Below, one piece after another: positions 49,104-59,955 of a stretch of DNA of 64,000 nt (position 1 is its first letter; each line of letters begins with the position of its first letter). The notes below the pieces were generated by a model, which ran no database searches, was not told the origin of the DNA, and was given only the letters and a program-made list of their open reading frames with translations. The stretch is from IMG/VR virus record IMGVR_UViG_3300011013_000010, positions 1,778 through 65,777 of that record; one strand, given 5' to 3'. Origin of the DNA: a virus (taxonomy: Duplodnaviria; Caudoviricetes). A program made the position numbers and the translations under genes.

Positions 49104-49344
49104 AGACGAACACGGACGACTCACAGCACAAAAACATTCTTTTACCAAGACCATTGTGTTAAATCCTGAACATATTACAGCGGTTAAAAGCTTGCCATCA
49201 CAAATTGTTGAAGGTGCTGGAAATGCAGCTGTTCAATTATCTAAGTTAGTGACTCTAGCTGGAGAGTCTGTTGTTGTGGTTGGCTCTCAGCTAGAGCTAG
49301 AAAGAAAGATATTTGGTGATACCAGGGAGATTTTAAAAGGATGA
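49063..49344 (+). CDS. Hypothetical protein
   Basis: SD AGGAG; LNPEHI motif. Confidence 0.6.
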   Translation: MRFQAVEQTNNMREDEHGRLTAQKHSFTKTIVLNPEHITAVKSLPSQIVEGAGNAAVQLSKLVTLAGESVVVVGSQLELERKIFGDTREILKG

Positions 49345-49655
49345 AATATTTTCAAGCTTATGTGAAGACTGGGTGCCCATTTTGCAAAAAGGCACTTGAC
49401 ATTATAGAAAGACATGATAAGATGGTTGTGGTGACGGTTTTGGATCGCGCCCCAGAAGAAGTGATCGCAGACATTAAAGGACAACTCAACCACCAAACAG
49501 TACCGATCATTTTAGAAGCAGATACAGAAATTGGCATTAGAATGATTGGCGGCTGTACGGAGCTTGCGGCTGAATTTAATGTTAAGGAGGCAGAGTTTGA
49601 AGAAATAGAGAGGAAAGTAGATGATGAGTGGGACGCAATCCGAGGAACTGATTAA
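49341..49655 (+). CDS. Glutaredoxin
   Basis: CPFC, TVP, IGGC. Confidence 0.9.
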   Translation: MKYFQAYVKTGCPFCKKALDIIERHDKMVVVTVLDRAPEEVIADIKGQLNHQTVPIILEADTEIGIRMIGGCTELAAEFNVKEAEFEEIERKVDDEWDAIRGTD

Positions 49656-49971
49656 GTCAGAAATCACTAAAGGCGCCCTCTATCTGTTTGATGATGCTTT
49701 TCGCAAAAGGGCGGGGTCGCCAGCTATACCTGGGATGCCGCGAGAGATGCGGGTGAAGATAATGGCGACGGTGTCGGAGACGGAACCGGTGATGGGGACC
49801 TATCTTCGAGAGTATAGATCATTTGAAAACGGTCTAGCGATTTTGGGCGAAATTGTTAAACATCCAGAAAATTCAATGTGGGATGTTTGCCAACTATTAT
49901 TCAATAACAAAAATGGCATTAGATATGTTTATCGTGATGAACTCGAACAAGCAAAGAAGATTTCAAAATGA
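49621..49971 (+). CDS. Variable-centre paralog family, copy 1
   Basis: [17 protein letters not shown]...[25 protein letters not shown]. Confidence 0.75.
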   Translation: MMSGTQSEELIKSEITKGALYLFDDAFRKRAGSPAIPGMPREMRVKIMATVSETEPVMGTYLREYRSFENGLAILGEIVKHPENSMWDVCQLLFNNKNGIRYVYRDELEQAKKISK

Positions 49972-50300
49972 AGTCAGAGATCAAAAAAGGCGCCCTCTAT
50001 CTGTTTGATGATGCTTTTCGAGCACGGCGTGCGATGGCGACGGCGATGGCGACGGAGATGGCGATGGCGACGGAGATGGCGATGGGGACGGGGATGGCGA
50101 CGGTGATGGTGACGCTGATGGAGACGGTCTACCCTGTAAAATATAAAGCATTTGAAAACGGTCTAGCGGTCTTGGGCGAAATAACTAAACATCCAAGACA
50201 ATCAGGTTTCGATGTCTGCCAACTATTGTTCAATAACAAAAATGGCATCAGATATGTCTATCGGAATGTGCTTGAGAAAGCAAAGAAGATTTCAAAATGA
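49968..50300 (+). CDS. Variable-centre paralog family, copy 2
   Basis: Same conserved blocks; hexamer-repeat centre. Confidence 0.75.
   Translation: MKSEIKKGALYLFDDAFRARRAMATAMATEMAMATEMAMGTGMATVMVTLMETVYPVKYKAFENGLAVLGEITKHPRQSGFDVCQLLFNNKNGIRYVYRNVLEKAKKISK
50031..50128 (+). repeat. GGNGAY hexamer array
   Basis: GCGATG GCGACG GAGATG... about 16 units. Confidence 0.85.
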
Positions 50301-50578
50301 AATCAGAAATCACAAAAGGCGCCCTCTATCTGTTTGATGATGCTTATCGAACTAGACTTTGTGACAAACTCGGCGGAGCGCAATATGCATCCTTGGGAAA
50401 GGATAGTACAATGCGGTCTTATGTTAAATATGAGAACGGCATAGCTGTGTTAGGTAATATCATTCCAAATTCAAATGATTCAAGTTTTACGATTTGCCAG
50501 CTGTTGTTTAACAACAAAAATGGTATTAAATATCTTTATCACGATGAACTTGAGCTAGCAGAAAAGATAAGTAAATGA
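50297..50578 (+). CDS. Variable-centre paralog family, copy 3
   Basis: Same blocks; non-repetitive centre. Confidence 0.75.
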   Translation: MKSEITKGALYLFDDAYRTRLCDKLGGAQYASLGKDSTMRSYVKYENGIAVLGNIIPNSNDSSFTICQLLFNNKNGIKYLYHDELELAEKISK

Positions 50579-50976
50579 AATCAGAAATCACAAAAGGCGC
50601 CCTCTATCTGTTTGATGATGCTTTTCGAGAAAGGGCGACGCCGCTGGGGACCTATGCGACGGCGATGGAGATGGTGACGGAGATGGGGATGGCGCTGGAG
50701 ATGGCGATGGCGACGGAGATGGAGACGGCGCCGGCGATGGAGATGGAGATGGTGACGGGGATGGAGACGGGGATGGAGATGGTAACGGGGGCGCCGTCGG
50801 TGTGTTATCTTGAAAAATATAAACCATTTGAAAACGGTCTAGCGGTCTTGGGTGAAATCACCAAACATCCGAAATATCGGAAAAGTGATATTTGTCAACT
50901 ATTATTCAACAACAAGAATGGCATCAGATATCTTTATCTTGATCAACTTGAGAAAGCAGAAAAGGTAAGTAAATGA
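50575..50976 (+). CDS. Variable-centre paralog family, copy 4
   Basis: Same blocks; longest repeat centre. Confidence 0.75.
   Translation: MKSEITKGALYLFDDAFRERATPLGTYATAMEMVTEMGMALEMAMATEMETAPAMEMEMVTGMETGMEMVTGAPSVCYLEKYKPFENGLAVLGEITKHPKYRKSDICQLLFNNKNGIRYLYLDQLEKAEKVSK
50634..50801 (+). repeat. GGNGAY hexamer array
   Basis: More than 20 units with a few GCY/AAC variants. Confidence 0.85.
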
Positions 50977-51422
50977 ACAATGTAATCCCTTGTGAATGGG
51001 TCAAAGTAACAAAGACCCCTTTCAGTTCTCCTAAAGAAAAAATCCACAAGCGTTGTGGGCGTTATCACCAGTCAATGTTTCCTGATATTCCAGATTATGG
51101 AATGAAACGTTGGGTAGTATGTGGTTATTTGAAAATCAAAGAGCCCGAGAAGTTCAAGCATTTAACAGAAAACCAAATTGTAGAAGGCTGTGTTGCTTTT
51201 TTGAACCAGCCCCCGCCACGTAAGCGAAAGCCTCTTTATGGCAATCTTGCACCTGTCTTTGCCCACTGGCGAGGTGAGGGGAGGTATGATATTAAGGTTA
51301 CCTCAGAGTATATGATTGTGTGTTTCTCAACTGACCAACGAAAGAACAAGAATTTTTGGGATGATGGTCCTGGGATGAGTTTAAAGGCGGATGGTCGAAA
51401 AACTAAAAACAAGAAGAAATGA
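50973..51422 (+). CDS. Hypothetical basic protein
   Basis: Coupled ORF inside the paralog array. Confidence 0.6.
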   Translation: MNNVIPCEWVKVTKTPFSSPKEKIHKRCGRYHQSMFPDIPDYGMKRWVVCGYLKIKEPEKFKHLTENQIVEGCVAFLNQPPPRKRKPLYGNLAPVFAHWRGEGRYDIKVTSEYMIVCFSTDQRKNKNFWDDGPGMSLKADGRKTKNKKK

Positions 51423-51721
51423 TTAAAAAAGGTGCTCTTTATAAAATTGAATCAAACTTCCGCAGCAAAGCGGGCACAAGCTTTATGGCGACTGAAATCC
51501 GTTCGGGGAGTGCATTTTCAGAGGTAAATGGAATAGAGTATGGAGTAAAATATACTTCAAAACACCTCCTATATGAAGATGGTCTAGCAGTCTTGGGTGA
51601 AATCACTAAACATCCAAGACACTCAAAATATGATATTTGTCAACTATTATTCAATAACAAAAACGGCATTAGATATATCTATCGCAATCAATTTGAACTA
51701 GCAGAAAAGGTAAGTGAATGA
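51419..51721 (+). CDS. Variable-centre paralog family, copy 5 (diverged N-terminus)
   Basis: KKGALY...[28 protein letters not shown]. Confidence 0.75.
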   Translation: MIKKGALYKIESNFRSKAGTSFMATEIRSGSAFSEVNGIEYGVKYTSKHLLYEDGLAVLGEITKHPRHSKYDICQLLFNNKNGIRYIYRNQFELAEKVSE

Positions 51722-51764
51722 GTATATGTGGCATTGATTGTGCGATGAAGTATACACGTTTTGT

Positions 51765-51791
51765 AGACAGCTTTAGGGCTGTCTTTTTTTT
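51765..51791 (+). terminator. Intrinsic terminator
   Basis: AGACAGC-tttagg-GCTGTCT plus T tract. Confidence 0.75.
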
Positions 51792-51861
51792 ATCTACCTA
51801 CTTATTTATGGATCAGCTATTGACAAGCTGCTTCAACTCTGCTAACGTGGAAGGAAGTATT

Positions 51862-52212
51862 ATGAAGAAGATCATTGAGAACTTTCGGCATTTTCAAGAA
51901 CAAGAAAATACAGAACGAACATCAGACATTGAAAGCTATAAAATGATTGGCTTGCTTGTCATTGCTAAAAGAATGAGTCGCAATAAAAAAGACATCATTT
52001 CAGACATTAGAGCAATCGAAGGTGTTACGACGGTAACGCTCGATTCTCAAAGAGAGTCTGATTCATTAGGGTTTTCTGAAATAATGATCAAAATTGATAC
52101 TACACCTTTTTCTACTGGTACAAAGCAAGGGCTTCTCAAAATCAAACACGAAATAACGCAGGTTAAAGGTGTTCAAAGTTTTAAGATTGTTTCAAAATCG
52201 GTAATTTCATAA
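51862..52212 (+). CDS. Probable virion protein with ferredoxin-like repeats
   Basis: Start after terminator, SD GGAAGG; IRAIEGVTTV and ITQVKGVQSF. Confidence 0.55.
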   Translation: MKKIIENFRHFQEQENTERTSDIESYKMIGLLVIAKRMSRNKKDIISDIRAIEGVTTVTLDSQRESDSLGFSEIMIKIDTTPFSTGTKQGLLKIKHEITQVKGVQSFKIVSKSVIS

Positions 52213-52407
52213 ATGGAACTCAAAGATTCAAAACTTTATGTTAGAATCACTTGCAGTATTTGCCGAGGTAAAAACGTTGGATGTGTCTATTGCGATGCAG
52301 AAGGAAAGCATTACATAGAGGCGTCGATTAAACGAATAAATGAATGGTTGAAAAATCAAAAAGAAGAAGATAAGATAAAATTTCGTGACACTTTGGAGGA
52401 CACATGA
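52213..52407 (+). CDS. Small zinc-finger protein
   Basis: CSIC..CVYC. Confidence 0.6.
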   Translation: MELKDSKLYVRITCSICRGKNVGCVYCDAEGKHYIEASIKRINEWLKNQKEEDKIKFRDTLEDT

Positions 52408-54272
52408 GATGCACAAGATTAATGCTAACAGTAGTATTGATGGTTTTGACCGGTTGCGAATGCGACGAATCTTTAAATAAAATATGCCCCGCTCCCGTTT
52501 CTTGCTGGGTTGAGCAAACGGCATTAAATGATCAAGACAACATAATGATAAGTCATTTTCCCGATATTGCTACACGTGGTGTGTGCGATTTGGGACAAAC
52601 AGCTTGCGATGAAGAAGGGAATCTCTTCTGCGACGGTATTGTATATCGTACAGAAGAGATTTGTGACTTTAAGGATAATAATTGTAATGGTGAAATTGAT
52701 GAAGGATACGATGTCGATGAAGACGGATACACGGAGTGTAACGGTGATTGTGACGATAATGACCCAAATAGATTTCCTAATAATTTTGAATTATGTGATG
52801 GGATAGACAACAATTGTGATAACTATATTCCACCAGATGAGATTATAGACAGCGATGGCGACGGCTCGATAAGATGTCTTGATTGCGATGATAACAATAA
52901 TGTTGTCGCTCCAGGTCTAGTAGAAGTATGTGATTTACTAGACAATGATTGTAATGGTGAGGTAGACGACGATACTGTTGAAACTTACCAAACTTGCGGA
53001 CCAATGACAGACTTAGGAGTTTGCACTCAAGGGACTGGAACTTGCATTGGAGGGGAAATTTTTTGCCCGGCAGCTACATTCCCAAGCGCTGAGGGGTGCG
53101 ATGGTCTTGACAACGATTGTGATGGACAAATAGATGAAGAGTTATTGAGAGAGTGCTATTCTGAATGTGGGTGGGGTTATGAATTTTGCGGCGGCGACGG
53201 TAAGTGGGTTGGATGCACAGCCGCTTCACCTACACCGGAAATCTGCGGCGATAGTATAGATAATAACTGTGATGGACAAGTAGACGAAGGATGTTTGTGT
53301 ATTCCCACTACTTTGTCTCTTTGCGCTCAAGATGTTATCGATGAAGAAGGAAACTCACTCAACTGCGGAACAGGATTTCAAGAGTGCGATGAAACAGGAC
53401 ACTGGGGAGATTGTGTTTGGTTTACTAATCAACCAGAAGCTTGCAACAACTATGATGATGATTGTGATGGCACTATTGATGGAATGATTGAAATTTGTGG
53501 TGATAGTGAGTTTGCCGGAATTGGTGAATGTAAGCTTGGTGAGTCGACGTGTGCTGAGGGCGAATGGTCTGAATGTGAAGGGTCTGTTGAACCTATAGAA
53601 GAGATTTGTAATGAACTTGATGACAACTGTAATGGCGAAGTAGATGAAAATCTAAACTCTCACGATAAAGTGGATATGGTGTTTATGTTTGATGGTTCTG
53701 GTTCAATGTGCGGATATAAAGACTCAATCATAGAAGGTCTAGGACAATATATTTCAGATTTTGAGAATTCTGAACATAGATTCGCTTTAGTTATTTTCCC
53801 TATTGTTGTTAGTCCATTTGGAAGTACACCTTGGGGCGTTATTATTGATCTTGTAGATGTAAATCAATTCATTGCTACGTTGGGCGCTATAGATTGCAAC
53901 TACCCTGGTAGTGAACCAAATTATGATGTAACATACGCTCTCGCTGATAACACAAACCCAGCAGGAATTAGTTGGCGTAATGATGCTTATCCATATTTGA
54001 TTATGATGACGGACGAAAATCCTCAATCTTGGGCAGGATATACGGAATCAGAAGTGGCTACCAATGTAGCTGATTGCCAAGTGGGAAATTGTGAATCAGG
54101 TGATCCGTATGAAATATTTGTTTTTACACATACTGCTTTTTTTACTGGCTGGGATGAGATTACTTTTTTCGAGCCTGAACGGTTGATTTCTATTAATCCA
54201 CCCATTGCAGGTGAATATGTAAACAAGCTTCGTGGCGTTTTTCGAGACGTTTGCTTTAACGGAAGTGAATAA
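52404..54272 (+). CDS. Lipoprotein with Cys-rich MopE-like metal-binding repeats and vWA domain
   Basis: Lipobox LTGC; repeated ExCDxxDNxCxGxxDE; MIDAS DGSGS. Confidence 0.8.
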   Translation: MRCTRLMLTVVLMVLTGCECDESLNKICPAPVSCWVEQTALNDQDNIMISHFPDIATRGVCDLGQTACDEEGNLFCDGIVYRTEEICDFKDNNCNGEIDEGYDVDEDGYTECNGDCDDNDPNRFPNNFELCDGIDNNCDNYIPPDEIIDSDGDGSIRCLDCDDNNNVVAPGLVEVCDLLDNDCNGEVDDDTVETYQTCGPMTDLGVCTQGTGTCIGGEIFCPAATFPSAEGCDGLDNDCDGQIDEELLRECYSECGWGYEFCGGDGKWVGCTAASPTPEICGDSIDNNCDGQVDEGCLCIPTTLSLCAQDVIDEEGNSLNCGTGFQECDETGHWGDCVWFTNQPEACNNYDDDCDGTIDGMIEICGDSEFAGIGECKLGESTCAEGEWSECEGSVEPIEEICNELDDNCNGEVDENLNSHDKVDMVFMFDGSGSMCGYKDSIIEGLGQYISDFENSEHRFALVIFPIVVSPFGSTPWGVIIDLVDVNQFIATLGAIDCNYPGSEPNYDVTYALADNTNPAGISWRNDAYPYLIMMTDENPQSWAGYTESEVATNVADCQVGNCESGDPYEIFVFTHTAFFTGWDEITFFEPERLISINPPIAGEYVNKLRGVFRDVCFNGSE

Positions 54273-54290
54273 GAATCTATTTACTTTGTT

Positions 54291-54572
54291 GTGTGCCCTA
54301 AGGATTCACCTGAAGAAATAGCACTTGGTTTGAGTGTAGGTGATCTAGTGCGCCTTAAAGACGATACTGAACTGGAAGTGGGATTGGGCTTGGTTACTAA
54401 AATTAACCGTGGTTCGGAAGACTTGATGGACTTGTTTGGTAGCATTGATTGGCTTGCTGGTAAACCTAGCATCTGTGTTTTGTGGACCAAGACCAATCAA
54501 CATTCCAAATGGATGGATGCAGAAGAAGTGACGCTAGTGCAGAGCGTTGGTTTTTCGCCGTTAATACCCTAA
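54291..54572 (+). CDS. Small SH3/KOW-like hypothetical
   Basis: VGDLVRL..GLGLV..VLW. Confidence 0.55.
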   Translation: MCPKDSPEEIALGLSVGDLVRLKDDTELEVGLGLVTKINRGSEDLMDLFGSIDWLAGKPSICVLWTKTNQHSKWMDAEEVTLVQSVGFSPLIP

Positions 54573-54581
54573 GAGGAAAAA

Positions 54582-55226
54582 GTGTATTTTATTATTATTA
54601 TGATGGCACTTACTGAGGTGATTGAGCCATCTATTTGTATTAATAAAGCAAAACACAACAAAGCAAAAGAAGTGTGTGAAGCGTCTGAAGAAGATATTTG
54701 GATGCTTGAACATTATCGCCACGCTGAAGGTCTTTCTCAAGGCGAGAAGGTTTATTTTGTTCTAGAGAAAATACCATTTAAAAATGGAAACAAAGAGCAG
54801 ATGTGGTTGCGCAGCGGAGAAGTGCAACAATCGTTTATGCAAATGACTAAAGCAGCCAAGACAAAAGGATTTAAGTTTGGAGTTAACTCTGCTTATAGAA
54901 CAATAGAACACCAAAGACGATTATGGCGTGAAATGCCTGGTGTAGCGAGCAACCCGAGTAATACTGGAAAACGTTCTCATCTAACAGGTTATGCAGTAGA
55001 CTTCTCTGGGACATATGCTTTTGTTCCATTTGATAAAATTAACCCTAAATGGTTTTCAGAGAAATATGCAATACCAGTAGAAGGCGGCTTTAGGCTTCCG
55101 ACGAGATTCTATTGGTGGCTCAAAAAAAATGCGTACAAATATGGATTTAAAAATACAGTAAAGAATGAGCCTTGGCACTGGAAGTTTGTGGCAAATGAAG
55201 GAGGTTCGATACTAGTTACAAAGTAG
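54582..55226 (+). CDS. M15/VanY-type peptidoglycan peptidase
   Basis: SAYRT..Q, SH..GYAVD, YGF, EPWHW. Confidence 0.85.
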   Translation: MYFIIIMMALTEVIEPSICINKAKHNKAKEVCEASEEDIWMLEHYRHAEGLSQGEKVYFVLEKIPFKNGNKEQMWLRSGEVQQSFMQMTKAAKTKGFKFGVNSAYRTIEHQRRLWREMPGVASNPSNTGKRSHLTGYAVDFSGTYAFVPFDKINPKWFSEKYAIPVEGGFRLPTRFYWWLKKNAYKYGFKNTVKNEPWHWKFVANEGGSILVTK

Positions 55227-55241
55227 ACACGGAGACCTTTA

Positions 55242-55745
55242 ATGAACAACGAGATTAAGACTTTACTCGCTCAAGAACAATGGAAAAGATGGCATCACGC
55301 CCGCAATCTTCACCTTTTAGTCGAAGAAGAAGAGCTGACAAAGCCAGGGCGCCAAAAAACAGGCAAGACTCCTCGCCAAACTTCAAATAGTGTTTCAGCT
55401 GATCGCCGCCCCATCAAACCTGAAGATCTTCCAAATGGTGGAGAAGAAGAAACTCGAAGCAATGTCTTTGTTGATGGTAATGGGCTTTCTGATTTAGGTA
55501 AAATTGCAATAAAAGCAAACAGCATTTGGACAAACAATCTCACACAAATGATCAATTTCCAGATGGGAAAACAACTATCTCAACAACTTGGTAGAAAACT
55601 TGCTAAACAAATAGGTATGGATGCTGTTACGGGTGAAAAAGTAGCAGAAGCTGTAATGAAGCAAGTTCTTGAACATTTGGATGAAATGTCCACTCAAGAT
55701 ATGGAGAAAGCTTTTCCAGGTATTTTTGATCGCACAAGGGGATAA
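55242..55745 (+). CDS. Hypothetical, probable virion protein
   Basis: Late-type motif at 55211; LLVEEE. Confidence 0.5.
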   Translation: MNNEIKTLLAQEQWKRWHHARNLHLLVEEEELTKPGRQKTGKTPRQTSNSVSADRRPIKPEDLPNGGEEETRSNVFVDGNGLSDLGKIAIKANSIWTNNLTQMINFQMGKQLSQQLGRKLAKQIGMDAVTGEKVAEAVMKQVLEHLDEMSTQDMEKAFPGIFDRTRG

Positions 55746-55781
55746 TTTGACAAATCAAACATCACGTGATAAGGTGAGAGG

Positions 55782-56345
55782 ATGACAGCCGAACGCTTTC
55801 TAAGCATTTTCATCATACTCTTGATGTTTTTTATATCTTCTTGCGTAGCTGTTGGTGTTGGCAAAATGACGATACCAGGCACAGATACTCAAATCTTTCT
55901 TGAGATGGAGATTAAGCCTGTCGAAGATACTGAAACTTTTAAAAAGAAGGACGTAGATCGAGCTATACAAACTTTTTATACTGAATGGGCAAACGAGTTT
56001 GGAGAAGACTCAAAAGTACATTCAGCTTTAGAAGCAGTCAGGATTGAATTTACTAAAGACAAGATTTATGTTAAAAGTGGCTATTCAATAAACGGTAAAC
56101 CTTTTAAATCGCGCTATTGCTTGGGTGTGACTAAAGATATAGACCACGCTCAAATTTGGGTGCGTAAGCCTCCTTATAAAATAAGTAAAACTTCACTGGT
56201 CCACGAGTTAATTCATATTTCCTTAAAAGCATCTACAGGAATGTATGATGTCGATCATTTGGGGAATAAATACAAAGCGTGGACCAGAAAGCATAATAAG
56301 TTTCTTATCAAAACAAGAGCTATTTTGAAAAAGCGCTCTCTTTAG
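55782..56345 (+). CDS. Exported HExxH metallopeptidase-like protein
   Basis: Hydrophobic N-terminus ending SSC; LVHELIH; promoter TTGACA-17-TAAGGT at 55747. Confidence 0.55.
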   Translation: MTAERFLSIFIILLMFFISSCVAVGVGKMTIPGTDTQIFLEMEIKPVEDTETFKKKDVDRAIQTFYTEWANEFGEDSKVHSALEAVRIEFTKDKIYVKSGYSINGKPFKSRYCLGVTKDIDHAQIWVRKPPYKISKTSLVHELIHISLKASTGMYDVDHLGNKYKAWTRKHNKFLIKTRAILKKRSL

Positions 56346-56395
56346 TCAAAAGAAATCAAGGATTTATAAAAAACCACTTTGCACCTTTAAATGTC

Positions 56396-56424
56396 TTGAC
56401 AGAATCAAAATGATCTGTTAAAAT
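56396..56424 (+). promoter_or_regulatory. Sigma70-like promoter with AATGATCT spacer
   Basis: TTGACA-17-TAAAAT. Confidence 0.8.
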
Positions 56425-56469
56425 AGAATCACAGCGGAAATAAACCGCTTTTAACTTAAGGAGATTCTT

Positions 56470-56769
56470 ATGACTAACACAACTGACCTTCCTGTGGTTC
56501 AACAGGCAGAATACGACGCTTCTACAGCGGTAACCCTTGAAGATCTTGCTAGCGCATTTTCGCTATCTCGGATCACTACTGATAAACGTCTTAAAGCAGC
56601 TAGCGTTGTGCCTGTTGCAAAGCTTTCAACTGGCAAAGCAGGTCGCCCGCCTTCGCTTTTTCCGCGTAATGCTGCAAATGAGGCTCTTGCTGTTTCTCGA
56701 ACGCAAGCTCAGTCTCGTACAGAGAGTGATGCAGTCGCGCAAGCTGCTGCTGATGCTCTAGCAGAGTAA
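56470..56769 (+). CDS. Small putative winged-HTH DNA-binding protein
   Basis: TLEDLASAFSLS...GKAGRPPSLF; own promoter, SD and terminator. Confidence 0.5.
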   Translation: MTNTTDLPVVQQAEYDASTAVTLEDLASAFSLSRITTDKRLKAASVVPVAKLSTGKAGRPPSLFPRNAANEALAVSRTQAQSRTESDAVAQAAADALAE

Positions 56770-56796
56770 TTCTGCTACAAGAAGGCAAACGAAATT

Positions 56797-56825
56797 CCAG
56801 CCAGTAAAATGGCTGGTTTTTGTTT
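56797..56825 (+). terminator. Intrinsic terminator
   Basis: CCAGCCA/TGGCTGG stem plus T tract. Confidence 0.8.
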
Positions 56826-56864
56826 ATGCTTGATAAAATACAAACATCTTGGTAAGATAAGCAA

Positions 56865-57137
56865 ATGAAATCAGAAATCACAAAAGGCGCCCTCTATCTG
56901 TTTGATGATGCTTTTCGAGAAAGGACGACGGTGATGGTGAGGGTAACGGGGGCGCCGTCGGTGTGTTATCTTGAAAAATATAAACCATTTGAAAACGGTC
57001 TAGCGGTCTTGGGTGAAATCACCAAACATCCAAGACAATCAGGTTTCGATGTCTGCCAACTATTGTTCAATAACAAAAATGGCATCAGATATGTCTATCG
57101 GAATGTACTTGAGCGAGCAAGGAAGATTTCAAAATGA
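56865..57137 (+). CDS. Variable-centre paralog family, copy 6
   Basis: Same blocks; promoter TTGATA-17-TAAGAT at 56830. Confidence 0.75.
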   Translation: MKSEITKGALYLFDDAFRERTTVMVRVTGAPSVCYLEKYKPFENGLAVLGEITKHPRQSGFDVCQLLFNNKNGIRYVYRNVLERARKISK

Positions 57138-57286
57138 AAACTAAAATGCCCAAAAATCGAAATCCTTTTGCGCTCCAGGCACGATTGCGCAATGGCGCTG
57201 GTGTACACGAAAAGATCGGCAAAGCAAAGACTCGCCACGATCGCCGCAAAGCAAAGCAAAACTTGAAAGATTACAAAGATGGTTGA
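57134..57286 (+). CDS. 50-aa basic protein
   Basis: MKTKMPKNRNPFALQARLRNGAGVH...; ATGA-coupled. Confidence 0.6.
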   Translation: MKTKMPKNRNPFALQARLRNGAGVHEKIGKAKTRHDRRKAKQNLKDYKDG

Positions 57287-57384
57287 AAAGTTGTTGTTGC
57301 CTTCGATAACATCTTGACTTTCAGTTTTAAACCTGTTATGGTTGGGCAGGAAGCAAGAAACTTCTTGTAGAAAAGGGTAATAAC

Positions 57385-57579
57385 TTGGAAAGAAACGAAC
57401 TTGAGAAGTCCCTAGAGAAGGCTCTAGTTTATCTCAAACAGGCAGTCGCATCAAGTGACGAATGCCAACACAAGGCACGCGAGGCTCTCTCACAGGCAGA
57501 TAGAGCTGCCCATCAAGTTGAACTTGCCAAATACCTCATTGAAGGAATTCAAAAAGCCATCGGCGATCAGGAAACCTAA
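57385..57579 (+). CDS. Hypothetical coiled-coil protein
   Basis: Downstream of TTGACT-17-TATGGT at 57314. Confidence 0.55.
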   Translation: MERNELEKSLEKALVYLKQAVASSDECQHKAREALSQADRAAHQVELAKYLIEGIQKAIGDQET

Positions 57580-57604
57580 TCTAGCAATCAGGAAAAAAGT
57601 AAAG

Positions 57605-57847
57605 ATGCCCATTGGTGTTCAATATACGCACCCTAAGTTTAAAAAAGGTATCTTGGTTGAGTCTACACAAGCCTACGAGCGTCAAAAGTATGGTATTGGT
57701 GTTATCCTTAAAAGACAACGATTTAAAGGACGAGATCTGCATTTATATACCATTTATTGGACAAAAACCAAAACAAAATCAAAATTTAGCGAGCCTATGT
57801 TAAGGCAAGTAAGGAGAAACAAACAAAATGGAAAGCAATACAATTAA
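57605..57847 (+). CDS. Small SH3-like hypothetical (start uncertain)
   Basis: FKKGILV..GIGVI..YTIYW. Confidence 0.5.
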   Translation: MPIGVQYTHPKFKKGILVESTQAYERQKYGIGVILKRQRFKGRDLHLYTIYWTKTKTKSKFSEPMLRQVRRNKQNGKQYN

Positions 57848-58025
57848 GGAAATTTTAGATAGTCTTACGTCACGCGGTGTCTTGTCGGCTGATAGTCGCA
57901 GGCAAGTGTTTGATATTCTTTTGAAGCAAGCAGGAGATTATGAGAAGAAAATCAGTCTTTTGGAATCAGATCTCAAGCGAGTAAGAGAATCACGCGACGC
58001 ACTCTTGAATAAGCTAAATAAATAA
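57828..58025 (+). CDS. Hypothetical protein
   Basis: SD AAGGAG. Confidence 0.55.
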   Translation: MESNTIKEILDSLTSRGVLSADSRRQVFDILLKQAGDYEKKISLLESDLKRVRESRDALLNKLNK

Positions 58026-58180
58026 TGAAGCTTTTTGGTTCAAAATCTTCTGTATCGTTTAGGAATCAGGGGCGCTGTGAAACAATATATGGTCCACTGC
58101 CTCCTGTGCCCCTGTTTGATGTTGAGGCTGGAACTAAACAATCAATTGAACAATGTTTAAAAGAACATAAGGAGGAACAT

Positions 58181-58600
58181 ATGTCACTTTTGAAAGCCCT
58201 TGAAGCGCTCCCTTTGAATAAGGAAAACATCAACACCTTTGAAGATGCTATGGATAGCGTATATAAAAATATGCGTGAAATTATGATTTCAAAACAACTT
58301 TTGCGCGGTCCAGGCAACATTGACAATCAGGGTTTGTTGGGTGTTGTAACACGTATGAAGGAAGACAAACTTGAACGCATTATGAAGAGTGTGAAAGGTC
58401 AAGCATTCCGCGATCAACTATTGAAGGACGGTGTACCACTTGTAGACGTAGATAAATGGTATCCTTCCCTTGAAGAATCAGAAAAGCACGCAGAAGATAG
58501 TTTAGAGGACGATCTACTCGATGTTGCCAACTACGCTATTATTTGTATTATGGTACAGCGTGGAATTTGGGGCAAACCAGTTGAAATTAAAGAAGGGTGA
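58181..58600 (+). CDS. DUF1599/nucleotide-modification-associated domain protein
   Basis: GPGNI..RM.EDKLER..DSLEDDLLDVANYAII..GIWG; strong SD at 58170. Confidence 0.65.
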   Translation: MSLLKALEALPLNKENINTFEDAMDSVYKNMREIMISKQLLRGPGNIDNQGLLGVVTRMKEDKLERIMKSVKGQAFRDQLLKDGVPLVDVDKWYPSLEESEKHAEDSLEDDLLDVANYAIICIMVQRGIWGKPVEIKEG

Positions 58601-58650
58601 TTTAGTCTAGTTTACTAATGCTTAAACGCTGAATATTCAGAAGGTCTAAA

Positions 58651-59947
<1,297 letters not shown>

Positions 59948-59955
<8 letters not shown>

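Noticed and set aside
50588-50827. Minus-strand (Ser-Pro)n ORF
   Set aside because: Antisense shadow of GGNGAY; Pro codons are restricted to CCR, better explained by GAY on the + strand; no minus-strand expression signals seen
49621-51721. CRISPR array or diversity-generating retroelement
   Set aside because: Repeats are coding blocks in intact ORFs; no cas or reverse transcriptase gene in the window; variation is not adenine-specific (an RT elsewhere cannot be excluded)
51718-51861. N-terminal extension of ORF 51718-52212
   Set aside because: Spans a terminator and late motif; better start with SD at 51862
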